A stretch of DNA of 54,614 nucleotides from a virus. Taxonomy: Duplodnaviria > Caudoviricetes. The stretch covers positions 1 to 54,614 of IMG/VR virus record IMGVR_UViG_3300047199_000011; one strand, 5' to 3'. How positions within the stretch are numbered: the stretch's first letter is position 1; each line of letters begins with the position of its first letter. The notes under the pieces are model-generated. The model worked only from the letters and a program-made list of their open reading frames with translations, did no database searches and had not been told where the DNA came from. Positions 45,996-54,614 of the stretch are shown in pieces. Made by a program: the position numbers and the translations under genes.

Positions 45996-46661
45996 TTATG
46001 CTATTTTCAATAGCGAGATTGAACAAACAATCTCTGCTGTGTTCGTGGTACCTGCAAGCTGCAATGTAAGCGCAGCAGGACAGTTATCAGACCTTAAAGA
46101 AACTACCGCACCAGCACCGAGAGTAAGTAACGCTGTACCATTGATGTTCTGCGTACCGGCTCCGGTACCGAAACACGTACCGGCTTGTTTAGCCGCTCCG
46201 ACATACAGCGACATAGCGCCAGCTTCAGCACAGGTAATTTCCCAGTCGATCTTATACACACCAGCGTTAGTTACGGTGATATCGCCAGAATCAGCGACCA
46301 TCGTAAACCCGGCTGTGTTGCTGGCTCCGGGGCCGTGAAACAGCGCCTTGCCGTTATCTGCCGCAATAGTAGCCCCGACATCAGCTACCGTCTGGAAGAA
46401 ATTGGCATACTGCGTTATTCCAGATGTATCGGTATCAGTATCAACAGGAGCTCCAGCAGTATCAATCGTAAGAGCGGTAGGTTTCACCGTTCCATAACGA
46501 AGTGCGCCTGTTGAGCTTCCCCAGTAATAATAGGGAACCCCACCGATGTTCTGAATCAATACACCATCCTCATCAGCTACGAGGACTTCAACGTCGTTAT
46601 GGCCAACATACAGACCATGGACGCCACATACTTTATTGAAATGCGTGATTCCATGACTCAT
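45996..46661 (-). CDS. head fibre/decoration protein with BclA-C/C1q-like C-terminal domain
   Basis: DITVTNAGVYKIDW...GTALLTLGAGAVVSLR; directly after the capsid gene. Confidence 0.6.
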   Translation of the reverse strand: MSHGITHFNKVCGVHGLYVGHNDVEVLVADEDGVLIQNIGGVPYYYWGSSTGALRYGTVKPTALTIDTAGAPVDTDTDTSGITQYANFFQTVADVGATIAADNGKALFHGPGASNTAGFTMVADSGDITVTNAGVYKIDWEITCAEAGAMSLYVGAAKQAGTCFGTGAGTQNINGTALLTLGAGAVVSLRSDNCPAALTLQLAGTTNTAEIVCSISLLKIA

Positions 46662-46749
46662 GGCACCCTCCTATTTGAGGGCAGGGAGGAGAGGTTCTCG
46701 TTCCCCTCGATTAAGGATGGTATAGACACCCACCTCCCCACCGTTTTGT

Positions 46750-47646
46750 TTACGCTACGTTCATCCCGTAGATCCAAGTCCAGTCGCTAAAGCCGTAGCT
46801 GTAGCGGGTGTAGCAGGACCACTTCGAGATGTAGGTATCGAAATCCTTGTCTTTGTTGAACTCGACAGGGATACGATTGAACCACTTCAAGTACATCTTC
46901 GCCATGCGGCTATCGATAAGGAACCAGTTGTTGCTGTCCGTAAGATAGTCCCACACGATGATTTTGTACTTGCCTTTGCTGTAATTCAGATTGTTATCTG
47001 CGGTATCCAGCTTACCGGGCGTGCTCACTATTTCCCACGCCGTTTCCTCCAAGGCCGGAGGTACGAGGAGAGTATCTCCCCGCGCGGTCAAGAGGTTCCC
47101 GGTTTCATCCGTGAACTGCCTCATCAGTAATCGAGCTGCCTCGATTCCTGTCTGGGACAATGCGGTTGTACCGATATTGCTCACGGTTCCTGCTGTGCCT
47201 ATACGGGTATGAGCCGCATTGCACAATGACAGGCCGTCCCCACCGGTGAAGATGGTGGTGTTGAACGCGTTGTTAAAAGGTGATGCGGCGTGCTTCTCTT
47301 TGGTTCTCCGCGCCACCACTGCCAGCTGAGCCGGCCTCTTGTTGATGATGGAATACAGATCATCATCCACGAGCTTCCTCTCAACCTTCATGCCTTTTAC
47401 CCACTCTTTATGGGTGTAGGAAACCCTGTACTGTTGCTTGAAATCATCGTACGGGATTGTCCCTGTAAACTCCTCCAGATCGCCAATACCACCGATGCTC
47501 AGGTCGTATTCGGTTGCCTTGTTTGACGTTTCCACGCCATACAGAGCATCCAGCTGGCCTTCCGGGAGAGCATACTCATCCATAAATATCTTGCGAAGTC
47601 CTGGGTCGAGTAGATACCCAAAACCTTCACTCGTGACTATACCCAT
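46750..47646 (-). CDS. major capsid protein (HK97 fold, Mu gpT-like family)
   Basis: LLDPGLRKIF, LVDDDLY, GGDGLSLCNAAH, LLVPPALE, YLTDSNNWFL, RYSYGFSDW. Confidence 0.88.
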   Translation of the reverse strand: MGIVTSEGFGYLLDPGLRKIFMDEYALPEGQLDALYGVETSNKATEYDLSIGGIGDLEEFTGTIPYDDFKQQYRVSYTHKEWVKGMKVERKLVDDDLYSIINKRPAQLAVVARRTKEKHAASPFNNAFNTTIFTGGDGLSLCNAAHTRIGTAGTVSNIGTTALSQTGIEAARLLMRQFTDETGNLLTARGDTLLVPPALEETAWEIVSTPGKLDTADNNLNYSKGKYKIIVWDYLTDSNNWFLIDSRMAKMYLKWFNRIPVEFNKDKDFDTYISKWSCYTRYSYGFSDWTWIYGMNVA

Positions 47647-47658
47647 GGTACGCTCCTT

Positions 47659-48462
47659 TTAGTTCTCTTGCACGCCGAAGATGTGGTCTTTCAATAAGAC
47701 CTTGTAATAAATCCTCGGACCGTTTCCACCCTTCGCACCATCGAGGCTATTGTGACCCCTGAACATCGCGGGAGTCATAACCTCAAATCCAGCGTCCCTA
47801 TCGATGAAAGTTTCAACGATACGGATGTTGGTTGCTCCGTTGATGGCTGTACCGTCACCTGACGTGACATACAAACCATCAGCCGTTAAAGGATGGCTAT
47901 ATTTATACGCAGGTGAAATAATCACTGCGGTGTCAGTACCAGCTCCGGTACCAACTAGGGCTGTATCCATCGTCGCTGAACCAGCTGCGGCGGCGGTTAA
48001 CAACCTGAGTGAACCCTTTACTCCAGCTGCCGACAACGGGAAATAAACCCACGAACCATCGATATCATCCGGCAAGTTAGGAATCGTTACCGTAGTACCT
48101 AAGGTTGAGGTTAACGCCACGTCGTTGGCCGCGTCCATCGCCTGCTCCACCATATACACCGCGAACGGGTTGATGATAGCTTTCGCATAGCAGGGGCCGA
48201 TGACTGTTGAATAACCACTGGCCACGCTAATCGGTGAGGATGTAGTCACCGTTTCACACGAGATGCCGAGAGCATCGATTGCTTGATTGGCAGGAGTCGC
48301 ATTATAGGCGCTAATAAAGCTGTTCCCCTCATCCGTACCTGCATCAGGGTCAGCAGTGCCTTTCATGAGAAACTCACCATGAACAATCGTTGTCGCGTCG
48401 TACACCGGAACGTCACGAAGAATAATCTCCGCGCCGGTTAAATCATAGCTCCAATGTGCCAT
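47659..48462 (-). CDS. capsid decoration/cement protein
   Basis: Immediately upstream of the capsid gene; IINPFAVY. Confidence 0.55.
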   Translation of the reverse strand: MAHWSYDLTGAEIILRDVPVYDATTIVHGEFLMKGTADPDAGTDEGNSFISAYNATPANQAIDALGISCETVTTSSPISVASGYSTVIGPCYAKAIINPFAVYMVEQAMDAANDVALTSTLGTTVTIPNLPDDIDGSWVYFPLSAAGVKGSLRLLTAAAAGSATMDTALVGTGAGTDTAVIISPAYKYSHPLTADGLYVTSGDGTAINGATNIRIVETFIDRDAGFEVMTPAMFRGHNSLDGAKGGNGPRIYYKVLLKDHIFGVQEN

Positions 48463-48463
48463 T

Positions 48464-48724
48464 TTAGACTCCTTTTAGTTTGTTCTCCCTATAGGCAGCC
48501 GATTCTACAATCTTCTGCCATTTCGGTTGTTTGAAGGCCGCATACGGATGATTGAGAGAGCCGCTAATGTCATATTGAAAAGGCAACCCACATTTCCGGC
48601 AGCGGTACCGTAGTCTGTAAGGTGTGATATTCTCAACATAACGTATCGCATTGCTCCCACAAACGGGACAATTAAGATTGCCCCTATATGCTCCTGGATT
48701 ATTATCTTTCCTAAAGATCCCCAT
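48464..48724 (-). CDS. zinc-ribbon protein
   Basis: CPVCGS...YRCRKC. Confidence 0.65.
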   Translation of the reverse strand: MGIFRKDNNPGAYRGNLNCPVCGSNAIRYVENITPYRLRYRCRKCGLPFQYDISGSLNHPYAAFKQPKWQKIVESAAYRENKLKGV

Positions 48725-48725
48725 A

Positions 48726-49535
48726 TTAAACCTTTTGAATCCACTTGGCGTATTCCGCCTCGGGGACTCTCATGGCCGCTGCTGCGTTCTTCTGATCTTG
48801 AGTGAGCGTTACCGCTCCCTGTTGAACAGGAGGAGTTGAAACAGAACCAGGCGGAAGCATAGAAGCCATCTCGCCAGCTTGAAACTTCCTCATGTACTCA
48901 GATTCCATCTCACGCTGCTTCTGAGCTATAATCCCATCCACCTTCTGCCCGCGAATAAAGTAATAGGCGGCTTCAATGATACCCGGCCTGTTCCTTTGTT
49001 CGATAGGCATCGTGCGAATGTAGTTCATAACCTCAGGACGAATCGAGTTGAAATCAGCGTACTTATTGGAAATCTCAGCCGCTTGACCTTCCACTTCTGC
49101 ATCCACTCTATCACGCCATGACATCGCCGCATAAATCTCCGCCTGCACCGCTTTACGCGGATCAGTTTCCCAGAGCTTCTCTACCTGGGCACTGTAATCA
49201 GGCTGTTGAGGTTGCTGCTGATGCTGTTGCATTACAGGGTTTCCGTTTATATCAAACAGAACGTTGTTAGCCATAACCTTCTTCATGGCATCCAACTGCG
49301 ACTGTAACTCTTGGCGCTTGGTTCTTTCCTCATGCAACGCGGTAATGGGAACCGTTGTGCCCTCTTGCGCCGGGGCGGGCGGAACACCAGTTGGTTTCGC
49401 CACTGGAGGAGGCGTAGCAGGTGGAGTTTGTGCTGCCGGGGCCGGAGGCACCTGAGCTGCCGGAGCCGGGGGTTTTGCAGGTGCGGGTGCCTGCGGTGGA
49501 ACCGCCGCTGGAGGTACTACATTGGGATCTGGCAT
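48726..49535 (-). CDS. capsid scaffolding protein
   Basis: Pro/Ala-rich N-terminus, VPITALHEERTKRQ, C-terminal LTQDQKNAA...EAEYAK. Confidence 0.75.
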   Translation of the reverse strand: MPDPNVVPPAAVPPQAPAPAKPPAPAAQVPPAPAAQTPPATPPPVAKPTGVPPAPAQEGTTVPITALHEERTKRQELQSQLDAMKKVMANNVLFDINGNPVMQQHQQQPQQPDYSAQVEKLWETDPRKAVQAEIYAAMSWRDRVDAEVEGQAAEISNKYADFNSIRPEVMNYIRTMPIEQRNRPGIIEAAYYFIRGQKVDGIIAQKQREMESEYMRKFQAGEMASMLPPGSVSTPPVQQGAVTLTQDQKNAAAAMRVPEAEYAKWIQKV

Positions 49536-49609
49536 TATTATCTCCTTTGCAGGATGATACGGTCATCCTGAAACCGATACGTCCGTTAAGGCCGACGGCG
49601 CCGTATTAC

Positions 49610-49876
49610 TTATCTGCCCTTCTTGTGAAGCTTATGAACGTGAGTCTTCAGAACCTTAACGTGCTTCTTTGCTTCCTTCACTGCCTTTGCTGCTTCTGCT
49701 GCTGCTTCAGCTGCCTGTTCTGCTGCTTCTAAAGCTGCTTCTTTCTTCCCTATCCTGACGTGCTTCTTTGCTGCCTTTGCTGCCTTCAACACTGCCTGAG
49801 CCGCTTCATCTGCTGCTAACACTGCCGCTTCTGCTCTTGCTGCCACTGCCAATACCACTTCTTTGTCTGCACCCAT
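49610..49876 (-). CDS. Ala/Lys-rich small protein with internal duplication
   Basis: AAKAAKKHVR / AVKEAKKHVK; GGGAGG RBS. Confidence 0.55.
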   Translation of the reverse strand: MGADKEVVLAVAARAEAAVLAADEAAQAVLKAAKAAKKHVRIGKKEAALEAAEQAAEAAAEAAKAVKEAKKHVKVLKTHVHKLHKKGR

Positions 49877-49877
49877 C

Positions 49878-50078
49878 TTATTCCTCCCTTTCGATTACGT
49901 CCTGCGGTAGACGTTTCACCTTCTCCCAAATCTGTATTTCTAATTGAACTTTCTCCAACTCAGCTGGAGTACAAGTCCGCAGCTTCGATTCGAGAGATTT
50001 TATCCTGACATCTACTTCAGTACATACTTGTTCCCAAAGAACAGATGAATGGATCTCTTTAGCTTTCTCAATATCCAT
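49878..50078 (-). CDS. small helical head-assembly-associated protein
   Basis: GAGGAG RBS; downstream of the portal. Confidence 0.55.
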   Translation of the reverse strand: MDIEKAKEIHSSVLWEQVCTEVDVRIKSLESKLRTCTPAELEKVQLEIQIWEKVKRLPQDVIEREE

Positions 50079-50617
50079 TACGCTCTCCTCTGATTCTGCT
50101 TCATAGCAGAAGCAAGACTTAATATGTTCCGCGCGTATTGTTCCCACTGAGGGTTACGCGAAGGTTGCTGGTTATAATAATCAATCCCGGTATTATAGTC
50201 GCTCCCACTTTGAGTAGCATCATAGATATTAAGAAGATTTCCGCCAATACCGCTGGCTGAGTTCTGACCATAAAGTCCACCGGCTAACCCGAGATAGTCA
50301 GCCCAATTTCTCTTGATGCTGTTTCCAGAACTACCATACATCCCGGGATTAGTACCTGAACCCATTGCAGCCTGAACCTGGTTCATTGTAGGTTGCATTG
50401 CGTTAATGCGCGATTGAGATCCACTCAAACCTCTAGCTCTACCTTCCTGATATACATCAGACATTGTGGTCGCACCCGCATCAGCCGCTCCCATGCCGTA
50501 CGCAGCCCACCCAATATAAGGAATGTATTTAAGGATCGGCGCAGCTTTAGCCATCTCATTAGGAAGGGCTTTACCTATCCATTCCGCCATCTTAATATCC
50601 CATGGCATCTTAGCCAT
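50078..50617 (-). CDS. Gly-rich hypothetical virion protein
   Basis: Overlaps the portal stop; Gly/Ala hydrophobic segments. Confidence 0.55.
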   Translation of the reverse strand: MAKMPWDIKMAEWIGKALPNEMAKAAPILKYIPYIGWAAYGMGAADAGATTMSDVYQEGRARGLSGSQSRINAMQPTMNQVQAAMGSGTNPGMYGSSGNSIKRNWADYLGLAGGLYGQNSASGIGGNLLNIYDATQSGSDYNTGIDYYNQQPSRNPQWEQYARNILSLASAMKQNQRRA

Positions 50618-52400
50618 TGGCCGCTCCCTCTGGCTGCATTTCTTCAGGCCCCGGAGGAGGCCCGAGCATTTCCATCTTGATCTGTTCCGGGCTCGCCCCT
50701 TCAGCTAAACGTTGACGAACCATATCTTGCGCTCTAGGATCTAATCCGCCCGGCTTTACATCCGGAGGAGGAGGTGTAAGTAATTTCTGAATGTCCCGGA
50801 ATCCCATCAATTCAGCAATACGTTTATTTATTTCAACACGATTCACCGTCGGATCGTTCATCGTGAGTTCCTTAAACCTAAGAAGCTGGCCGATCTGCAT
50901 TTCTTTGTTGATTGTTTCAGACACGCCAGTAGGTAAGAACTGAACCTTAGCCTGGATGATCTCGGGCCTAACTTGCACCGGCTTACTCGCACCGTTGTTA
51001 CCAGTAACCTGTATCCACTCAGGAAGAACCATGAACTGTTGGAGCATAGAAAGGAATAGTTGCGCGAGCGAAGCAATGAAGTCGCTCTCCATCTTCCTAA
51101 GTACGGGCTTAAAGCGAGAACCTGCGGCGCCCTGAAGAAGACTGATTCCCATCGCTGTACGATGCTGTCCTTCTTCCGCCGGCATAAGCTGCATTGTTGC
51201 GCCGGTTGATTCGCGGAAATCCTGTTTTGCTATTTCTTCTTCTTTATAGGACGACGTCGTGACATCGGGGATATCCATCCACCTGATTGATGTAACGGTG
51301 TCTGATACTTTGTGCCACTGCCCCGGCTTTGATACTTGGAGTTTCTTGGTGTTGATGAGGGTGTCGTTTCCATTATAGAATCCTTGTTTGTTGAGTACGA
51401 GATCTACGTTATCAAGACGCTGGTTCACAATCTTGTTTAAGCGCTCTTGAGTGGGCTTACCGATTTTACCGATTCCAACGCCAAACCACGACGGGTTTGG
51501 ATCTTCAAACAAAGTGATTTTGCAATACGGAGGCTGTTGATGATTATAAGGATTGGGCATTGAACGGGCAAGAACCGCACGATTCACTACAATGATCCAA
51601 TGAGGAACTGCTTTCTTGATAACCGGCTTGTCATTCTTAAGATAGGTCTGGTCGTAACCTCCCCAGTAAGTAAGCAGCTCATATTTCTCGCGGTCTTTGA
51701 GATCCTGAGCGTGGCCATGCTCATCAAGAATTATGCTGGGGCTTGAAACGACCGATTTTGATTCTAAGGCCGCCGTAAGGTTATCGAACTTAAAACGCGG
51801 ATTTTCTGAAAGTTTCTTAAGATACTCCGCATCGCAGAACTGCCGACGAATGAGCGGAAGGCCATCATCCATGCGCAGCTTAGCCGGGTGAGGGAAAATC
51901 TCGAAGAAAGACACTGTTTTGCAATCCGGCCGGTTGTTAATGAGCGCCATGTAGCGTTCTTGGGTCATGGGATCAATCTGCCAGGCCCTTTCCACCAGCC
52001 AGGGCGCTTCTACGTACCCGGTACCGAACAAAGTGGTCTGAGTCATGCTCCTGAGCGCCTCAACCGACACGTTTGCCTGCCTAAACTTGTGTTCAAGCAT
52101 CCCTTTGATGATAATTCCCTGCTCCTCAGTCGCCGGCTTAAAGGTCAAAACCTCAAAAGGCGCGTCATTAGGAAATAAAGCTGAATGGAGCTTCGGAGTG
52201 ACCGTTTGCTCCGCTTCAACCATCATGGGAACGTGAACAGCGTTCTGCCAATCGAAATAACGCTTGGAAGGCTTGTTGCACCAGTAGTCATAAATGATCT
52301 TAGCCTCGTCAAAACGGTCTTTACAGGCCTTTTCATAGCGCCCGAACTCATCTACAATGAAATCTACAAGCTTCTTCTCGTTATCGATATTGTCCGGCAT
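50610..52400 (-). CDS. portal protein (podovirus-type)
   Basis: 596 aa after terL; LFGTG, NPYNHQQPPY, WFGVGI, QERLNKIVNQRLDN, RTAMGI. Confidence 0.88.
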   Translation of the reverse strand: MPDNIDNEKKLVDFIVDEFGRYEKACKDRFDEAKIIYDYWCNKPSKRYFDWQNAVHVPMMVEAEQTVTPKLHSALFPNDAPFEVLTFKPATEEQGIIIKGMLEHKFRQANVSVEALRSMTQTTLFGTGYVEAPWLVERAWQIDPMTQERYMALINNRPDCKTVSFFEIFPHPAKLRMDDGLPLIRRQFCDAEYLKKLSENPRFKFDNLTAALESKSVVSSPSIILDEHGHAQDLKDREKYELLTYWGGYDQTYLKNDKPVIKKAVPHWIIVVNRAVLARSMPNPYNHQQPPYCKITLFEDPNPSWFGVGIGKIGKPTQERLNKIVNQRLDNVDLVLNKQGFYNGNDTLINTKKLQVSKPGQWHKVSDTVTSIRWMDIPDVTTSSYKEEEIAKQDFRESTGATMQLMPAEEGQHRTAMGISLLQGAAGSRFKPVLRKMESDFIASLAQLFLSMLQQFMVLPEWIQVTGNNGASKPVQVRPEIIQAKVQFLPTGVSETINKEMQIGQLLRFKELTMNDPTVNRVEINKRIAELMGFRDIQKLLTPPPPDVKPGGLDPRAQDMVRQRLAEGASPEQIKMEMLGPPPGPEEMQPEGAANG

Positions 52401-52545
52401 ATTTCACCTTATACGGGAGGTCTTTGTTGATGGGCCTTCCGGTCACCAACGACACTCCGGTCCGTTCTTGGGCCATTTTGGCCGCTTCTTTGGGTGGTTT
52501 ACCCTCTTTTAACAGCTGTCTATAGATATTCTGGGCGTTTTCCAT
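52381..52545 (-). CDS. small hypothetical protein (below cutoff)
   Basis: TGATG overlap with terL; MENAQNIYRQLLKEGK... Confidence 0.5.
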   Translation of the reverse strand: MENAQNIYRQLLKEGKPPKEAAKMAQERTGVSLVTGRPINKDLPYKVKYAGQYR

Positions 52546-54077
52546 CAAAATCTCCCTGCTTTCGCATCTCCGCCTTCGACAAGAGATAAATACGAACCCG
52601 CTGTTGCCTGTTTAGTCGGATATTTCGTATATTCTCCGCTATATTTGATATCTTCTTCTTCAACTTCTTGTACAATGTATCTCGGGCCCCAGTTGTAAAT
52701 ATACCTCAAACAATCCATAAAGTGATCTGACTTCTTCTTGACCTGCTCTTTGAGCTCATATTCCTCTTTATTCCGCCTAAAGTTATCCCACACGTAATGC
52801 TGGAACTCGTAAATAGTCTGCGTGCACTCGCGGGATACCCGCAACTGAGGAATTTCGGTCTTTAGGAGGTTAGAGTATCGAGGTTTTAGGGCCGCGCGTA
52901 TCCTCGATTTCCCCAGTTGCGGGTCGCTATTGGCTCTTTCACAGTAAATTCCGTACTTCATGAGCTCTTTTCTGATGTTCATGGAGGCGAAAGTGCCCGG
53001 GTCTTTATCGTTGTGAGGGTCGATTAACCTCACTTTAGCCCTCAATTCGCCTTCCTGAACGTTGATTGCGTGCGCTATTTGCTCAATATCCATGTCTTTA
53101 AGCCATAATTCGTCATAAATCCAGTGATTATCGTTGTTATCAACGGCCATCCATAAAACTGCCGTTGGCATCCTTTCATGTGGATCTATGGCCATGTACC
53201 GGCTCCAGGTCGGTTTTAATATGGGCGGTTCACAAATGTGTATATTCGGGTTAAATTCCTTATATACAAGCCCCGTGAGATGCAGAAACCGCCCATGGAG
53301 TCTAGCTTCCTTTTCTTCTTCAGTAAGGTTTTGCTCAAACTCGCGTATTGCATCTTCACTTAGATGGGGGTTATCGCGGATATCGGTGGTCACTACGCTG
53401 ATCCGCTTGTTGTCTGCGGCCGCGTAAATGTCATCGTATATCCAAGGCTGTGTCAAAGGGGTCAGGGTGAGCCAGGCGCGGCCCTTGTAGTCAACCAAAC
53501 CTCTCAAGGTAGCAATATACTTGTCCCTTGGAGGGGGCTCGTCAAACCAGGCTATGTGCCCTTTCCACCCTTCAAAGCTATCTACGCTCTGTTCGTAAGT
53601 CAAGATGTCAAAGACCGACCCGTTCTTCATGAACCACTTGACGGGGATTGACAGCGCATTACGCTGTTTCTTCGCTATAAGGCTGTTATCCAGCCATTCC
53701 TCCAGGAAAGGGACGATTACTTCGCCAACGCCTTTCCCGTAATCTGTCGCCACGATCCGGCCCTTGATCGGATATGCGTACCTTTGGTCCTTCGGGTACC
53801 AATCCGGGTAGGCGCCGGTGATATGGAACAGGAACTCCATCCCACCACAAGTTGTCTTACCAGACCGGTTTCCACCGAAAATAGCCCTAATCGGGGTTTT
53901 CGACAGGTGGAAGTCCTTCAGTTTCGGGTTTGGCTGGTAAAATAGGATCTTCTGGCTCTTGCGCAGCAGCAACTCTTGGTCGAGGAGATACAGGTATTTC
54001 TCCTGTTCCTCCTTGGGAAGCGCCAGAAACTGCGCCTCGCTGAGATGCAATGCTTGTAAGTCGCTTAAACTCGGCAT
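52545..54077 (-). CDS. terL: terminase large subunit
   Basis: GGNRSGKT, AWFDEPP, TLTP, AIDPH, DHFMDCLRY; start at 54077 preferred (GAGGA), ORF open to 54161. Confidence 0.93.
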   Translation of the reverse strand: MPSLSDLQALHLSEAQFLALPKEEQEKYLYLLDQELLLRKSQKILFYQPNPKLKDFHLSKTPIRAIFGGNRSGKTTCGGMEFLFHITGAYPDWYPKDQRYAYPIKGRIVATDYGKGVGEVIVPFLEEWLDNSLIAKKQRNALSIPVKWFMKNGSVFDILTYEQSVDSFEGWKGHIAWFDEPPPRDKYIATLRGLVDYKGRAWLTLTPLTQPWIYDDIYAAADNKRISVVTTDIRDNPHLSEDAIREFEQNLTEEEKEARLHGRFLHLTGLVYKEFNPNIHICEPPILKPTWSRYMAIDPHERMPTAVLWMAVDNNDNHWIYDELWLKDMDIEQIAHAINVQEGELRAKVRLIDPHNDKDPGTFASMNIRKELMKYGIYCERANSDPQLGKSRIRAALKPRYSNLLKTEIPQLRVSRECTQTIYEFQHYVWDNFRRNKEEYELKEQVKKKSDHFMDCLRYIYNWGPRYIVQEVEEEDIKYSGEYTKYPTKQATAGSYLSLVEGGDAKAGRF

Positions 54078-54489
54078 AGATGTCCTCTGGTGAAAGGCCC
54101 TTCTGATAAACAAAACTCCCAATTTCGACATTGGGAGTGTATTTTGACACAGCGTTGGCAACGCTGACTATCGTTGGCATAAGCTTTCCGGATACTTTCT
54201 TACGCCTAGCTTGGTCAGTAAGCCAGTTGTCTATCAATAAATGTGTGGTTTTCTTGTTCTTCTTGATTAGTTCGCGGATTTCTTTATCGAGGCGTTTGCT
54301 GATTATGGAGAGTTCTGCGGAGAATTTGGCTTGTACCTGCGCGTTATCCTTGGCGTTTCCTTCTATAAGCTCATAGAAAGAGCTTTCGCCAATTCCGCAC
54401 AAGCGGGCGATTTCGCGATATGAATGATTTCCGGCTTCTATAAGTTGGAGAGCTTTACGATATTTCTCTGGTAGGGGCTTTTCTTGCAT
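53887..54489 (-). CDS. terS: terminase small subunit (N-terminal HTH)
   Basis: SYREIARLCGIGESSFYE HTH; upstream of and overlapping terL. Confidence 0.7.
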   Translation of the reverse strand: MQEKPLPEKYRKALQLIEAGNHSYREIARLCGIGESSFYELIEGNAKDNAQVQAKFSAELSIISKRLDKEIRELIKKNKKTTHLLIDNWLTDQARRKKVSGKLMPTIVSVANAVSKYTPNVEIGSFVYQKGLSPEDIYAEFKRLTSIASQRGAVSGASQGGTGEIPVSPRPRVAAAQEPEDPILPAKPETEGLPPVENPD

Positions 54490-54545
54490 AAGCGAATATA
54501 ATCCCTTGTGTCGTCGATACTACAGATATGTATTCGCTTAAGGTT

Positions 54546-54573
54546 AATATAGCACAAAATGATGATTTGTCAA
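54546..54573 (-). promoter_or_regulatory. sigma70-type promoter for the packaging/structural operon
   Basis: TTGACA-16 bp-TATATT with extended -10 TG. Confidence 0.7.
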
Positions 54574-54614
54574 GACATTTTATGCTCCAAACTGATTTCG
54601 GGGGATTTATCTAG

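Noticed and set aside
48464-48724. IS1 InsA-like transposase fragment
   Set aside because: Only a generic zinc ribbon; no catalytic transposase or terminal inverted repeats, and it is embedded in the head operon
18340-54376. Numerous + strand ORFs in the ORF track opposite the structural genes
   Set aside because: Antisense shadows of long - strand genes, without RBS or recognisable motifs
1-54614. Stop-codon reassignment
   Set aside because: Core genes are intact in the standard code and TAA, TAG and TGA all terminate genes

Overview
The window reads as a near-complete (~54.6 kb) tailed dsDNA phage genome with podovirus-like morphogenesis genes, arranged as two convergent arms that meet near 9.5 kb. 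The + arm (1-9455) is an early/accessory region: many small ORFs, a PC4-like ssDNA-binding protein, a minimal ATP-dependent DNA ligase, a MoxR/CobS-type AAA+ ATPase, a zincin-vWA (CobT-like) partner, a ribbon-helix-helix protein, a divergent Ku-like protein and a SWIM zinc finger. The - arm (54489 to 9530) runs terS, terL, portal, scaffold, capsid, many small virion proteins, a lysis region (holin-like proteins, overlapping spanin pair, collagen-like lipoprotein, papain-family protease, no recognisable muralytic endolysin), fibres, adaptor, nozzle, ejection proteins and a 3038-aa polyvalent-type protein. A separately promoted operon follows, with Cas4-like nuclease, Sak4, DUF669 SSB, initiator, DnaB and HNH. 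I see no integrase, DNA polymerase or primase. Most unusual signals: (1) four dispersed fold-back elements in the early operon built from tandem G.A and GNA/GNA mismatches around a shared GAACAATGA core, punctuating the ligase/MoxR/vWA/Ku/SWIM module; (2) a phage-encoded Ku plus ligase pair; (3) a nozzle protein with three tandem collar/HxH modules in one chain; (4) an attenuator/antisense-like leader ahead of the replication operon. All assignments come from reading motifs by eye; no searches or folding programs were run.
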